Assembly (NCBI GenBank): GCA_030167145.1
Contig: CP126532.1
Location: forward strand, 1,080,001-1,112,000
Length of the DNA: 32,000 bases
Direction: 5' to 3'
From: Ktedonobacterales bacterium
GTDB lineage: Bacteria; Chloroflexota; Ktedonobacteria; Ktedonobacterales; JADMIN01
The notes below the pieces were generated by a model that searched no databases, was not told the DNA's origin, and saw only the letters and a list, made by a program, of their open reading frames with translations. Made by a program: the position numbers and the translations under genes. Positions 15,120-23,372 of this stretch are shown in pieces (position 1 is the first letter of the stretch; the number at the start of each line of letters is the position of its first letter).

Positions 15120-16730
15120 ATGCGGCTGGACTACAAATGGCGCGCGGCGATTGTCGTCGCGCTCGGACTCTTCATGGCAGTGCTCGACAACACCATCGTC
15201 TCCGTCGCGCTGCCACAGATGCAGGCGTACTTTCACACCGACCGCGATACGATCAACTGGGTTGCGACCGGCTATCTGCTCTCGCAAGCCGCGATCATCC
15301 CCATCACAGGCTACCTGAGCGACCGCATCGGCACCAAGCTGGTCTTCCTTGTGGCGCTGGCGCTTTTCACCGTCGGCTCCGGCCTCTGCGCGATAGCCCC
15401 CTCTGAGCAATGGCTGATCACCTTCCGCGTATTTCAGGGCATCGGCGGCGGCGCACTCTTCCCAATGGCTTTTGCCATCGTCTTCCGCGTGTTCCCACCC
15501 GACCAGCGCGGACCGGCGGGCGCGCTGATCGGCGTGCCGGTGTTGCTCGCGCCCGCTTTCGGCCCAACGCTCGGCGGCTATCTCACCACCACATTCGACT
15601 GGCACGCCATCTTCACTATCAACCTGCCGGTGGGCGTCGTCGCCTTCGTGCTGGCCCTGGTGACGTTGCACAGCGGCAAGGAGACTGGCGAGCCTGCGCT
15701 CGACCGCCAGCGCCTGGACATCGCCGGATTGCTGCTGGCGGTGACAAGCTCCACTGCCCTGGTCTACGGGATTTCCGAAGCCGGACCCAAAGGCTGGAGC
15801 GACCCCACCGTATTGAAGTTTCTGATCGGCGGCGGCATCCTGCTTATAGCCTTCGTTATCACTGAATTGCGCGTCAGCGATCCCGTGCTGGATGTGCGCC
15901 TCTTCCTGAACTACACCTTCACAATCTCGAATGTGCTGCTGTGGGCCATCTCGGCGTTCCTCTTCGGTGGCATCTATCTGCTGCCGGTCTTTTTCCAGAA
16001 CGTGCAGGGTCACACGCCGCTGGCGTCGGGTGAATACGTCATCTCTCAGGGCGTCGCCGCCGCTATCGGGACGCTGATCGCCGGGCGCTTCTACAATTCG
16101 GTCGGCCCGCGCACGCTTGCGGTGATCGGCTTCGCGCTGGTAACGGCGGGCACCTTCGGTTTCACGCAACTGGATGTCAACACCACCTGGCAATCCTTGC
16201 AGCCGTGGATGGTCCTGCGTGGGCTGGGCCTGGGCTTTACCAATATCCCGCTGCAAACGCTTGCGCTGGCCGTCGTCAGCAACAAGCAGATGGCGCGTGC
16301 CTCGTCGCTCTCTAGCGCAACTCGCCAGATCTTCGGCGCAGTGGGTATCTCGGTGCTCTTCACGATTCTGACGCAGCAGGTAGCGCATTACGTCAGCACC
16401 CAGCGGCAAAGCCTGATTCAATCATTCGCCGCGGGCGGCACACTCGACCCCTCCACGCCGCTGGGCCAGGCGGTCGCCGCCTGCAGCAAACACTTTGGCG
16501 CGAATGTGCCCGCCGTACAGGCCTGCGTCACCCAAGCCGCACAGCAGTATGTTGGCGCACATGTGCAGACGATGGGGCTAAACGACGTGTTCGTCGTCTC
16601 GATGATTGGCACGGGCGTCTGCACGCTGATCGCGCTCTTCGTCGGGCGTGATCCCGCCGTGGAGGCCGCCAAGCGCGCCAAGGCACGTGGCGAGTCGGTT
16701 CAGCCGCGCGCGGCAGTGATCGGCGAATAA
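15120..16730 (+). CDS. DHA2 (EmrB/QacA-type, 14-TMS) MFS efflux transporter
   Basis: The N-terminus is AVLDNTIVSVALPQMQ...DTINWVATGYLLSQAAIIPITGYLSDRIGTK. Length is about 536 aa. GAGGAGG SD lies 10 nt before the ATG at 15120, which is 5 nt after the TetR stop. Confidence 0.88.
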   Translation: MRLDYKWRAAIVVALGLFMAVLDNTIVSVALPQMQAYFHTDRDTINWVATGYLLSQAAIIPITGYLSDRIGTKLVFLVALALFTVGSGLCAIAPSEQWLITFRVFQGIGGGALFPMAFAIVFRVFPPDQRGPAGALIGVPVLLAPAFGPTLGGYLTTTFDWHAIFTINLPVGVVAFVLALVTLHSGKETGEPALDRQRLDIAGLLLAVTSSTALVYGISEAGPKGWSDPTVLKFLIGGGILLIAFVITELRVSDPVLDVRLFLNYTFTISNVLLWAISAFLFGGIYLLPVFFQNVQGHTPLASGEYVISQGVAAAIGTLIAGRFYNSVGPRTLAVIGFALVTAGTFGFTQLDVNTTWQSLQPWMVLRGLGLGFTNIPLQTLALAVVSNKQMARASSLSSATRQIFGAVGISVLFTILTQQVAHYVSTQRQSLIQSFAAGGTLDPSTPLGQAVAACSKHFGANVPAVQACVTQAAQQYVGAHVQTMGLNDVFVVSMIGTGVCTLIALFVGRDPAVEAAKRAKARGESVQPRAAVIGE

Positions 16731-16777
16731 CGGACCACCATCCGCACGGAGCACATCCGCAACCTTATGCCGAGTAC

Positions 16778-16813
16778 GCGCACCCCTTTTCCTGGCGCTG
16801 AAAAGGGGTGCGC
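16778..16813 (+). terminator. Perfect 14-bp hairpin GCGCACCCCTTTTC-N8-GAAAAGGGGTGCGC, a likely terminator of the TetR-MFS operon
   Basis: Read directly. It begins 47 nt after the MFS stop. The trailing T-tract (AGTATTT) is weak. Confidence 0.55.
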
Positions 16814-16921
16814 AGTATTTACACGTACGCATCCACCGCAAGCACATCTGTGAGTGTGCGCCCTCATCACCTCTTTCTCCACAGCACCAAGAATCGTCAC
16901 GCCATATATGTAGCAACAGTA

Positions 16922-16950
16922 TTGACACAGCAGGCATTATCTTCTATGCT
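16922..16950 (+). promoter_or_regulatory. Sigma-70-type promoter TTGACA-17 nt-TATGCT
   Basis: The -35 is at 16922-16927 and the -10 at 16945-16950, in an A+T-richer intergenic region about 250 nt upstream of the hydrolase gene. Confidence 0.6.
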
Positions 16951-17208
16951 GATACTATCTCAGCCGCAGACGATTCACAGCACCTGTCCACTACACCGCC
17001 CGGCATCAGACGTACAATCCACACAATCATCACCGATACGAGCGACAGGTGCGAAAGATGTACAGGTGAATTCGGTGATGTATGCTTGTGCGCGGCTGTT
17101 TGCCCGTGATCAATGCCGCATGATGTAGGCATGGTGTGAATCGCCGTGGGTAGCTCGATGATCGCGCTTTCCGGGCACGCCATTTACAGTAGCGGAGATA
17201 CACTACCT

Positions 17209-18834
17209 ATGGTATTCCATCCCGTGTTTTCCAAAGGGCGCTGGCGTCATGCATTTGCCGCAGTTGCGCTCTGTGTGCTCGTTATGAGCATGCAAGTTGC
17301 GTTGTCGCCAACCGTAAGCTGGGCACACCCCAGCGGTAATGGACCACAGGGCAAAGACGGACTCTATATCGTCGGTTCCGGCGGATGGTCTGGCTCATCT
17401 TCCACCAGTGATGCCGCGCACGGTTGGGGCGACGATCAATGGCAAATCAATCCAACACATACGACGCGTGTCTACGTCACAGTGACGGATTGCTGCATCG
17501 TCGGCGACAATTTCACTGTTTACATTGATGGCCACGCCATCGGCACCACCCCACCCGAACCACTCAACGGCTCCACTGCCAGCAAAGGCACCGAAAGCCA
17601 CCTCGTGGGACCAGGCAAGCACCTCATCACTATTCAAGACATTGGCGGCATCAAATACTACCGCCAGGGCAACTCGTATATGATTCCCGCCGGTTATAGC
17701 GTCAGCATCTCCCTGAAGACTGAGAGCGTGGATCAGCCAGTCATCTTCGTTCATGGCATCGGTCAGGATTCCAGTAAGGCGGGCTTCGGTTCACTCTATT
17801 CGGCGATAAATCACGCATTTGGCGCGAACCCGACGACCTTCGACTACGTGGATGATCGTGCGGACGGCACTGGCTGCAAACAGCCGCCATGCGACAGCCA
17901 GAGCGCCGTACTGGACAACGCCAAGCAACTCGCACAGAAAGTGGCCGATGCGTATTCATCCAAACACCAAAAAGTGACGCTTATCGGCTACAGCATGGGC
18001 GCTGCCATCATCAGAACAATGCTCGCGGGCTGCCCTGAGTCAGGCGATACCACCTGCCAGCAAGCGCATACGCATGTCAACGCCGTTTACTTCATCGAAG
18101 GCGTGCAGCAGGGATCCGTCTTACTTCAGACGGAGCAAGGCTTCGAGACCGCCATCGCCAATGGCATGTTTCTTGGTGGCGTCACCGCCGATCCAGCAAT
18201 GGTAGCCGAGATGGCGGTTGCTGAATGGGCTGCGCATCAGGTAGTGCAAACTGCGCTGCACCTCAACCTGAATGACCTGGCAGAGGCCGACCTGGCGCCA
18301 GTGAGTGACAACATTCTGCTGCGTAACGGGGCGGCGCCGCCACGAGGGATTGACTACTACAACTTCTATGGCGATATCCAGATCGGCCTGAAGGAGAGCA
18401 TTTTTGGCTGGACATTGCCGGCTACTTTGCACGTTGGTGATCTGGTCATCTTGCCAGGAACGGATAACCCGCAAGATACTCCCGACTCCGGTGGATCGCG
18501 CTTCTGCCAGGGCTGTGGTGATCACGCTGGGTTCGAGTCGAAGCAGATAGATTCGTCCACATCGTTCACACAGTGGGCGCTCACTGATACGATCTACTTC
18601 ACCTCTGGCCAGATGTATAGCTGCTTGAACGCGGCCACCACCCTCAACGCGAGCGACTGGCAGACCTGCCTTGACGCATTTACCCAACTCTTCAAGGCCC
18701 CGGAGTTCCACACGAATATCCCCGACACGATCAACAGCATCACTGTCCATGACAACACTGGCGCCAAAGGGAGCGTCACGCTGCCACAGGAAATCGTGCG
18801 CCATATGGAACTGGAAGCGGGGATTCTGCCATGA
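17209..18834 (+). CDS. Secreted multidomain alpha/beta-hydrolase (lipase/esterase-like)
   Basis: The signal peptide is ...AAVALCVLVMSMQVALSPTVSWA/HP, followed by an N-terminal domain of about 150 aa. The hydrolase part has PVIFVHGIGQDSS and the nucleophile elbow LIGYSMGAA (GxSxG). The C-terminal ~200 aa are unassigned. Start is 17209 (GGAGA SD) or the GTG at 17146. Confidence 0.7.
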   Translation: MVFHPVFSKGRWRHAFAAVALCVLVMSMQVALSPTVSWAHPSGNGPQGKDGLYIVGSGGWSGSSSTSDAAHGWGDDQWQINPTHTTRVYVTVTDCCIVGDNFTVYIDGHAIGTTPPEPLNGSTASKGTESHLVGPGKHLITIQDIGGIKYYRQGNSYMIPAGYSVSISLKTESVDQPVIFVHGIGQDSSKAGFGSLYSAINHAFGANPTTFDYVDDRADGTGCKQPPCDSQSAVLDNAKQLAQKVADAYSSKHQKVTLIGYSMGAAIIRTMLAGCPESGDTTCQQAHTHVNAVYFIEGVQQGSVLLQTEQGFETAIANGMFLGGVTADPAMVAEMAVAEWAAHQVVQTALHLNLNDLAEADLAPVSDNILLRNGAAPPRGIDYYNFYGDIQIGLKESIFGWTLPATLHVGDLVILPGTDNPQDTPDSGGSRFCQGCGDHAGFESKQIDSSTSFTQWALTDTIYFTSGQMYSCLNAATTLNASDWQTCLDAFTQLFKAPEFHTNIPDTINSITVHDNTGAKGSVTLPQEIVRHMELEAGILP

Positions 18835-19676
18835 AACGACAGCAAATAGTCTACGTCATCGGGTTAGTGATCGTGCTGGTGGCTGCCGCTGGTCTGGATG
18901 TGGTGGTGGGAACGCCAGCCTCGCACTCCTGCCAGACCGCCGCGCTCACTACCGCTGGCAATGTGCGTTTCAACGATACACAACAGCACACGAGCTTCGT
19001 CGTGCAAACTGACACCCATGCGCCCGACGCGGGCAAATTCACCTATCTCACCGCAAATGGGGCGCAATATCGCGGCGGCCCGGCATCTGGGCTGACCACA
19101 TCGGCGGCGTCCATGGCCGCTGGCGATCCGCTCGCCTGCGCGGGCTATCTGCATCTTACCTTTGACGGAACCACGACACTGACTACACCAGGGGCAGAGG
19201 GACATCCCGCGACCAACAGCCAGGCCACCATCCATCTGGTCGCGCTGCTAAATCTCGCCCACCTGACCGCCAGCACCACCCTCACCGATAATACCAACCA
19301 CACATCATTCACCACTGTTACCTCCGCCCCACCTGATATGCGCGGCGCGGTCAATACGTACACACAAGCTGCCATACAGCAAGACTGGCAGACCGTCTAT
19401 CCGCTGCTTTCCAGGTCGGCAATCGGCAGCTACAGCGAATCACAATTCGCTGCCGCCATGAAAAAGCAGGTGGATACGGTAGGCGCGCTAACCGCGGCCA
19501 CTATCACCTCCGCGCCACAGGTGCATACCACGACGCTAGGGGTGACCTACTTCACGGTGAATGAACAGGTCACCATGACCCGAAAAGGCACACCAACCAC
19601 CACGAATCAGATGGCTGTCTATGTGCTCGAAGACAACGCCTGGAAACTCTGGTTCACTCAGCCAGCCCAGGCATAA
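18831..19676 (+). CDS. Membrane-anchored hypothetical protein with a possible NTF2-like C-terminal domain
   Basis: ATGA start/stop overlap with the hydrolase gene. It has one N-terminal TM helix (IVYVIGLVIVLVAAAGL) and a T-rich ectodomain. Confidence 0.6.
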   Translation: MKRQQIVYVIGLVIVLVAAAGLDVVVGTPASHSCQTAALTTAGNVRFNDTQQHTSFVVQTDTHAPDAGKFTYLTANGAQYRGGPASGLTTSAASMAAGDPLACAGYLHLTFDGTTTLTTPGAEGHPATNSQATIHLVALLNLAHLTASTTLTDNTNHTSFTTVTSAPPDMRGAVNTYTQAAIQQDWQTVYPLLSRSAIGSYSESQFAAAMKKQVDTVGALTAATITSAPQVHTTTLGVTYFTVNEQVTMTRKGTPTTTNQMAVYVLEDNAWKLWFTQPAQA

Positions 19677-19689
19677 GGAGTAGACAACA

Positions 19690-20556
19690 ATGGATCCAGA
19701 GTCTGCACAACAGCCCACCGACCCAGGCCAACAACCTGCGTCTCCACCACCTGTACCTCCGCAACCAGTGTCGGGGTCGCCCTACATGCTGAGCGACAAC
19801 ACCTATCCGCCACCAGCGCCACCTAATCCCAATGCCTCTTTCTCTCCACATATGACCGTGCCACCGGTGGCTGCTGGCTCGCAGCCACCTCCGCCCTATC
19901 CCACGCCGTATCCAGGCGCGCCCGCTGGCTACGCTTCGCCGCCGTCCGCGCCTACACCCTATCCCTACGGCGCTGCCCAGCCAGCGAACCAGTATCCAAC
20001 CTTTCCTGGCGCACCCACCACACCGCAGTATTACGGGAGCGAATCGGGCTATTCCGCTCTCGCCACCCCCACACTGCCGCCCTCTTCTGGCTACATGCTA
20101 GAACAGCCGGGCCAACTGGGCCAGCGCGCCGCGCGCCGCCCACTCTGGCCACGAGGCGGCTCGGCCCTGTTCGTGGCAGGCGCAGCCACCTTTATTGCCA
20201 CTTGTTTCCTGCCCTGGTATTCCGTTACCGTCTCCTTCGGCGCGCTCTATTCCGGCTCAGCGGTTGAGCATGCCTGGGGCTATTGGGCAGGCATGCTGGC
20301 GATGCTGGTTGTCGCCGCGGCCTGTCTCCTCTTCATCGCCAGGGCGCTGCGCTTTCGCGGCGCACTTCCGCTCTCTGATAGAGCGCATTACTTGTTCTTC
20401 GGAATGGTCGCGTTGGTCTGCGCCGCGCTCTACCTCGTCCATGCGTTCATCGGCTCGATTCAAAACATGGGTTCTGTGACCGCTGGACCTGGAATCGCGC
20501 TGTATGTTGGCATCGGTGGCGCCTTGCTCATGACACTTGGCGCGCTGCTCATGTAG
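19690..20556 (+). CDS. Hypothetical membrane protein with a Pro/Tyr-rich N-terminal region and about 4 C-terminal TM helices
   Basis: AAGGAG SD lies 9 nt before the ATG. The gene starts 13 nt after the previous stop. The N-terminus contains PPPYPTPYPGAP...PTPYPYG repeats. Confidence 0.6.
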   Translation: MDPESAQQPTDPGQQPASPPPVPPQPVSGSPYMLSDNTYPPPAPPNPNASFSPHMTVPPVAAGSQPPPPYPTPYPGAPAGYASPPSAPTPYPYGAAQPANQYPTFPGAPTTPQYYGSESGYSALATPTLPPSSGYMLEQPGQLGQRAARRPLWPRGGSALFVAGAATFIATCFLPWYSVTVSFGALYSGSAVEHAWGYWAGMLAMLVVAAACLLFIARALRFRGALPLSDRAHYLFFGMVALVCAALYLVHAFIGSIQNMGSVTAGPGIALYVGIGGALLMTLGALLM

Positions 20557-20596
20557 CATCTGCCGAAGATGGGGCGCCATCTCGCTGTGTCTCACA

Positions 20597-20643
20597 CCTC
20601 TAACCAACCTGTTGGCAACAGCCGCAAACAGGTCGGTTAGAGG
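20597..20643. terminator. Long interrupted hairpin between convergent genes: CCTCTAACC-AA-CCTGTT-loop13-AACAGG-TC-GGTTAGAGG
   Basis: 15 paired bp read directly. There is no U-tract on either strand. The right arm overlaps the last queA codons and its stop. Confidence 0.4.
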
Positions 20644-21779
20644 ATGAGCATGGCATCGCCGAAGCTGTAGAAGCGGTAACGCTGGGCAACAGCTTCGGCG
20701 TAGGCGCGCAGCGTGAGGTCGCGCCCGGCGAAGGCGCTGACAAGGACGACGAGCGTGGAGCGGGGCAGGTGGAAGTTGGTGAGCATGACATCTACGGCGC
20801 GGAACGTATAGCCCGGCTGGATGAAAAGTGAGGTACGGCCACGGTAGGGCATGACGAGGGCGCTGTTATCTGCTTCGGTACGCGCATCTCTCTCGCCTTC
20901 GGCTACGATGTCGCTGGGAATAGCACTCGGAATGCCGGTTGAGTTGATTTGACCACGCTGGGCGGCGGTGAGGGCGGCGACGCTTTCGAGCGTGCGCACG
21001 GCGGTGGTGCCGACGGCGACGATACGCCCGCCTGCCGCGCGTGTGCTGTTGATGCGCGCGGCGGTAGCGGCGGTCAGTTCAATCTCTTCGCTGTGCATTT
21101 TGTGGTCAGTGAGGTCGTCTTCGGCGATGGGACGGAAGGTGTCGAGGCCGATGTGAAGCGTCACGAAGGCAGTGCCGATTCCCTGAGTTTCGAGCGCGGC
21201 AAGCAGTTCGGGCGTAAAGTGGAGGCCAGCGGTGGGGGCTGCGGCGGACCCTGGCTCGCGGGCGTAGACGGTCTGGTAGCGTTCAGTATCGGCGAGCGGC
21301 TCGTGGATGTATGGGGGCAACGGCATGGCGCCATACGCGGCGAGGGCTTCGGCGACGCTGCCCGTTCTGGGAATCAGCCGTACAATACGGCCACCAGCAG
21401 GCGTGGTGGAGAGCGTTTCGGCGAGCAGCGCGCCATCGCCGAAGATGAGCCGTTGCCCCGCGTGGATGCGCTTGCCAGGGCGCACGAGGGCTTCCCAGCA
21501 GTCGGGGCCGATGTCGCCGCGGCTGGCGAGCAGCAGCAGTTCGACCTGGCCGCCGGTGCCCTCTTTAACGCCGCGCAGGCGTGCGGGCAAGACGCGGCTC
21601 TGGTTGGCGACAAGCAGATCATCGGGATGAAGATAGTCGCCAATGTCACGGAAAGTGCGATGCTCGATGAGACCGTTGTGGCGATGGAGGACGAGCAGAC
21701 GTGAGCTATCGCGTGGCTCGACAGGATGCTGGGCAATAAGTTCAGCGGGCAGGTGGTAATCGAAGTCTTGGATTCGCAT
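20637..21779 (-). CDS. queA: S-adenosylmethionine:tRNA ribosyltransferase-isomerase
   Basis: MRIQDFDYHLPAELIAQHPVEPRDSSRLLVL ..., YQTVYA, AAPTAGLHFT, VGTTAVRTLES, TNFHLPRSTL, and the C-terminus YRFYSFGDAMLIL. Confidence 0.92.
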   Translation of the reverse strand: MRIQDFDYHLPAELIAQHPVEPRDSSRLLVLHRHNGLIEHRTFRDIGDYLHPDDLLVANQSRVLPARLRGVKEGTGGQVELLLLASRGDIGPDCWEALVRPGKRIHAGQRLIFGDGALLAETLSTTPAGGRIVRLIPRTGSVAEALAAYGAMPLPPYIHEPLADTERYQTVYAREPGSAAAPTAGLHFTPELLAALETQGIGTAFVTLHIGLDTFRPIAEDDLTDHKMHSEEIELTAATAARINSTRAAGGRIVAVGTTAVRTLESVAALTAAQRGQINSTGIPSAIPSDIVAEGERDARTEADNSALVMPYRGRTSLFIQPGYTFRAVDVMLTNFHLPRSTLVVLVSAFAGRDLTLRAYAEAVAQRYRFYSFGDAMLIL

Positions 21780-21883
21780 GGGATGCGGGAACCTACTTTT
21801 TCCGTAGCATGGTTTTCTCTGGCTGACGCTCCTGTGCAGTGTATGCCGCAGATAGGAGGCGTGTCCAGGCGACAGGGATGGGG

Positions 21884-21909
21884 GTCAAGATGGGCGTCAA
21901 GATGGGCGT
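21884..21909. repeat. 12-bp tandem repeat gtcaagatgggc x2 plus a 2-nt partial, duplicating a stop codon in frame
   Basis: Read directly. On the minus strand it reads CGC CCA TCT TGA CGC CCA TCT TGA. The first TGA (21899-21897) is the stop of the DUF4870-like gene. Confidence 0.85.
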
Positions 21910-22403
21910 TGCTTGGGCTTGCGAAGGGTGGGGTAGACAAATGGCTTGCCAAGCAAGGAGTAGAGCGCGCCGATGAGCGCCGCGGCCAGGGCGATAAACA
22001 TGCCGCCGAGTAGCAAGATGACGATGCCGAAGAGCGCCAGAAAGAGGATGGGTATGGCCTGCGACCCAGTGGAATGGGTAGCGTTGATGGCGCTGCCCAG
22101 TTCGGTGAAGGCGACGCCAAGCAGCACAGCGACGGCGAGAGAGACAATGAGGGTGGTGCGCGTCTGCCAAAGCACGGCCTGGCGCGCTTGCTGTGAGACG
22201 AAAGGCGACCAGCGACGGAGCAGGAACCAGAGGACGGCTGCCACAGCCAGCCCCGGCAGGCTGAAGAAGATCAGCAGATGCGCGGTCGCCGCCAGCACAC
22301 GCTCCGCCGCGCTAGGTGGTGGATATTCGACTGGCTGTTTGTGTGCTGGCCAGCGCGGCGCGGTCCGCACGTCACCTGGGTCACTCCCGCGCATGATGGA
22401 CAT
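21897..22403 (-). CDS. DUF4870-like membrane protein
   Basis: ERVLAATAHLLIFFSLPGLAVAAVLWFLLRRWSPFVSQQARQAVLWQ ... plus three further TM helices. The start is taken at 22403 (GGAGGGGAG upstream). The ORF is open to 22589. Confidence 0.6.
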   Translation of the reverse strand: MSIMRGSDPGDVRTAPRWPAHKQPVEYPPPSAAERVLAATAHLLIFFSLPGLAVAAVLWFLLRRWSPFVSQQARQAVLWQTRTTLIVSLAVAVLLGVAFTELGSAINATHSTGSQAIPILFLALFGIVILLLGGMFIALAAALIGALYSLLGKPFVYPTLRKPKQRPS

Positions 22404-22558
22404 GCCCGCACTCCCCTCCACTTCGCCGCAAGCGCGGGGAACATGCCCGGCCTGGTTCGCCATCACAGCATACGCAGTGTATTGGCGCGCGTCAACCCAT
22501 GGCGTATAGTGGCGTATGATGTTTCCGCTAGATGCCCTTCCGCAGCAAGCCGCAGGGA

Positions 22559-23230
22559 TCAGGGGCGTGCGTAGATGGCAACGCGCCATAGGCCGACGTT
22601 GCGCTGGAAGCGGCGCTCCAATCCGGCGTTGCGCAGCAGCGAATCAATGGTGCTCGTGCGATGGGCGAAGATGCGGAAGGGGTTTTTCCTGAGGCGAAAG
22701 AGCGTATTGGCCACTGCGGAAAGCGCGCCAGAGAACCACGAGTCGCGGGGATAGACGAGGCCATAGAGTCTGCGCGCCTTGCTCGCGGACGCCTGAACCA
22801 GAGCGTGCACATCGTGGTAGCAACAGATGACGCGATCAAGCGTGACAATGTCGGCCGGGGCGATAGTGGGGGCAAGGGCGACGAAATTGCCGTGCTGGTA
22901 GGCCATGCGGTCGCCGAAACCCTGGCGGGCTGCTTCGGCACGAGCGGCGGCGATATAGGCGCTAGAAGCATCTACGTCGGTGGCGCTGGTTACGCCCACG
23001 CTGAGGAGGTCGAGCGGAATAGCGCCGATGCCGCCACCAATGTCGAGGAGAGTTGCGCCCTCTACGGGCGACGCGCGCAAAGCATCCAATAAGACGCGCG
23101 TACTGCGCGCGGGGCCATCGCGGCGGTACTTCTTTAGGCTGCGAGCGGCTTCACGTTCATTGAAAAAGCCTTCTATGCCCTGGCACTGGCAGCAATCCAT
23201 GGCGCTCATCCTTTCGATGGCTTTCGGCAT
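22559..23230 (-). CDS. Class I SAM-dependent methyltransferase with an N-terminal Cys cluster
   Basis: SAM motif I is LLDIGGGIG. The N-terminus has DCCQCQ. The ORF is 223 aa. Confidence 0.75.
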   Translation of the reverse strand: MPKAIERMSAMDCCQCQGIEGFFNEREAARSLKKYRRDGPARSTRVLLDALRASPVEGATLLDIGGGIGAIPLDLLSVGVTSATDVDASSAYIAAARAEAARQGFGDRMAYQHGNFVALAPTIAPADIVTLDRVICCYHDVHALVQASASKARRLYGLVYPRDSWFSGALSAVANTLFRLRKNPFRIFAHRTSTIDSLLRNAGLERRFQRNVGLWRVAIYARP

Positions 23231-23319
23231 ACGCTATGCGGGCACTATATATCAATTCGCAGTGGCGTGCCAGCTATGGAGGAAGTGACACATTCAAGGC
23301 CCGCGAACGGTTCTCAAGG

Positions 23320-23328
23320 TGATAGAAT
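23320..23328 (+). promoter_or_regulatory. Extended -10 element TGATAGAAT
   Basis: A TGn-TAGAAT match 45 nt upstream of the GTG at 23373. No good -35 was found. Confidence 0.3.
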
Positions 23329-23372
23329 ACAGCACAGAGAGCAGCGAGTAAGCATCCAGTCAGGGGGCAGGA

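Noticed and set aside
15009-16421. 470-aa minus-strand ORF
   Set aside because: It lies entirely antisense to the well-supported DHA2 MFS gene. The product is highly charged (R/D/E/Q-rich) with no recognisable domain or SD.
16808-17128. 106-aa plus-strand ORF in the intergenic region upstream of the hydrolase gene
   Set aside because: It starts inside the terminator hairpin and spans the predicted promoter. It has no SD and its sequence is low in information. The region is better explained as promoter plus 5' leader.
20949-22170. Several 100-257-aa ORFs in alternative frames over queA and the DUF4870-like gene (20949-21704 +, 21374-22147 -, 21793-22170 -)
   Set aside because: They overlap genes with clear family motifs. 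Their compositions (Ala/Ser/Pro/Arg-rich) are typical of off-frame translation in G+C-rich DNA.
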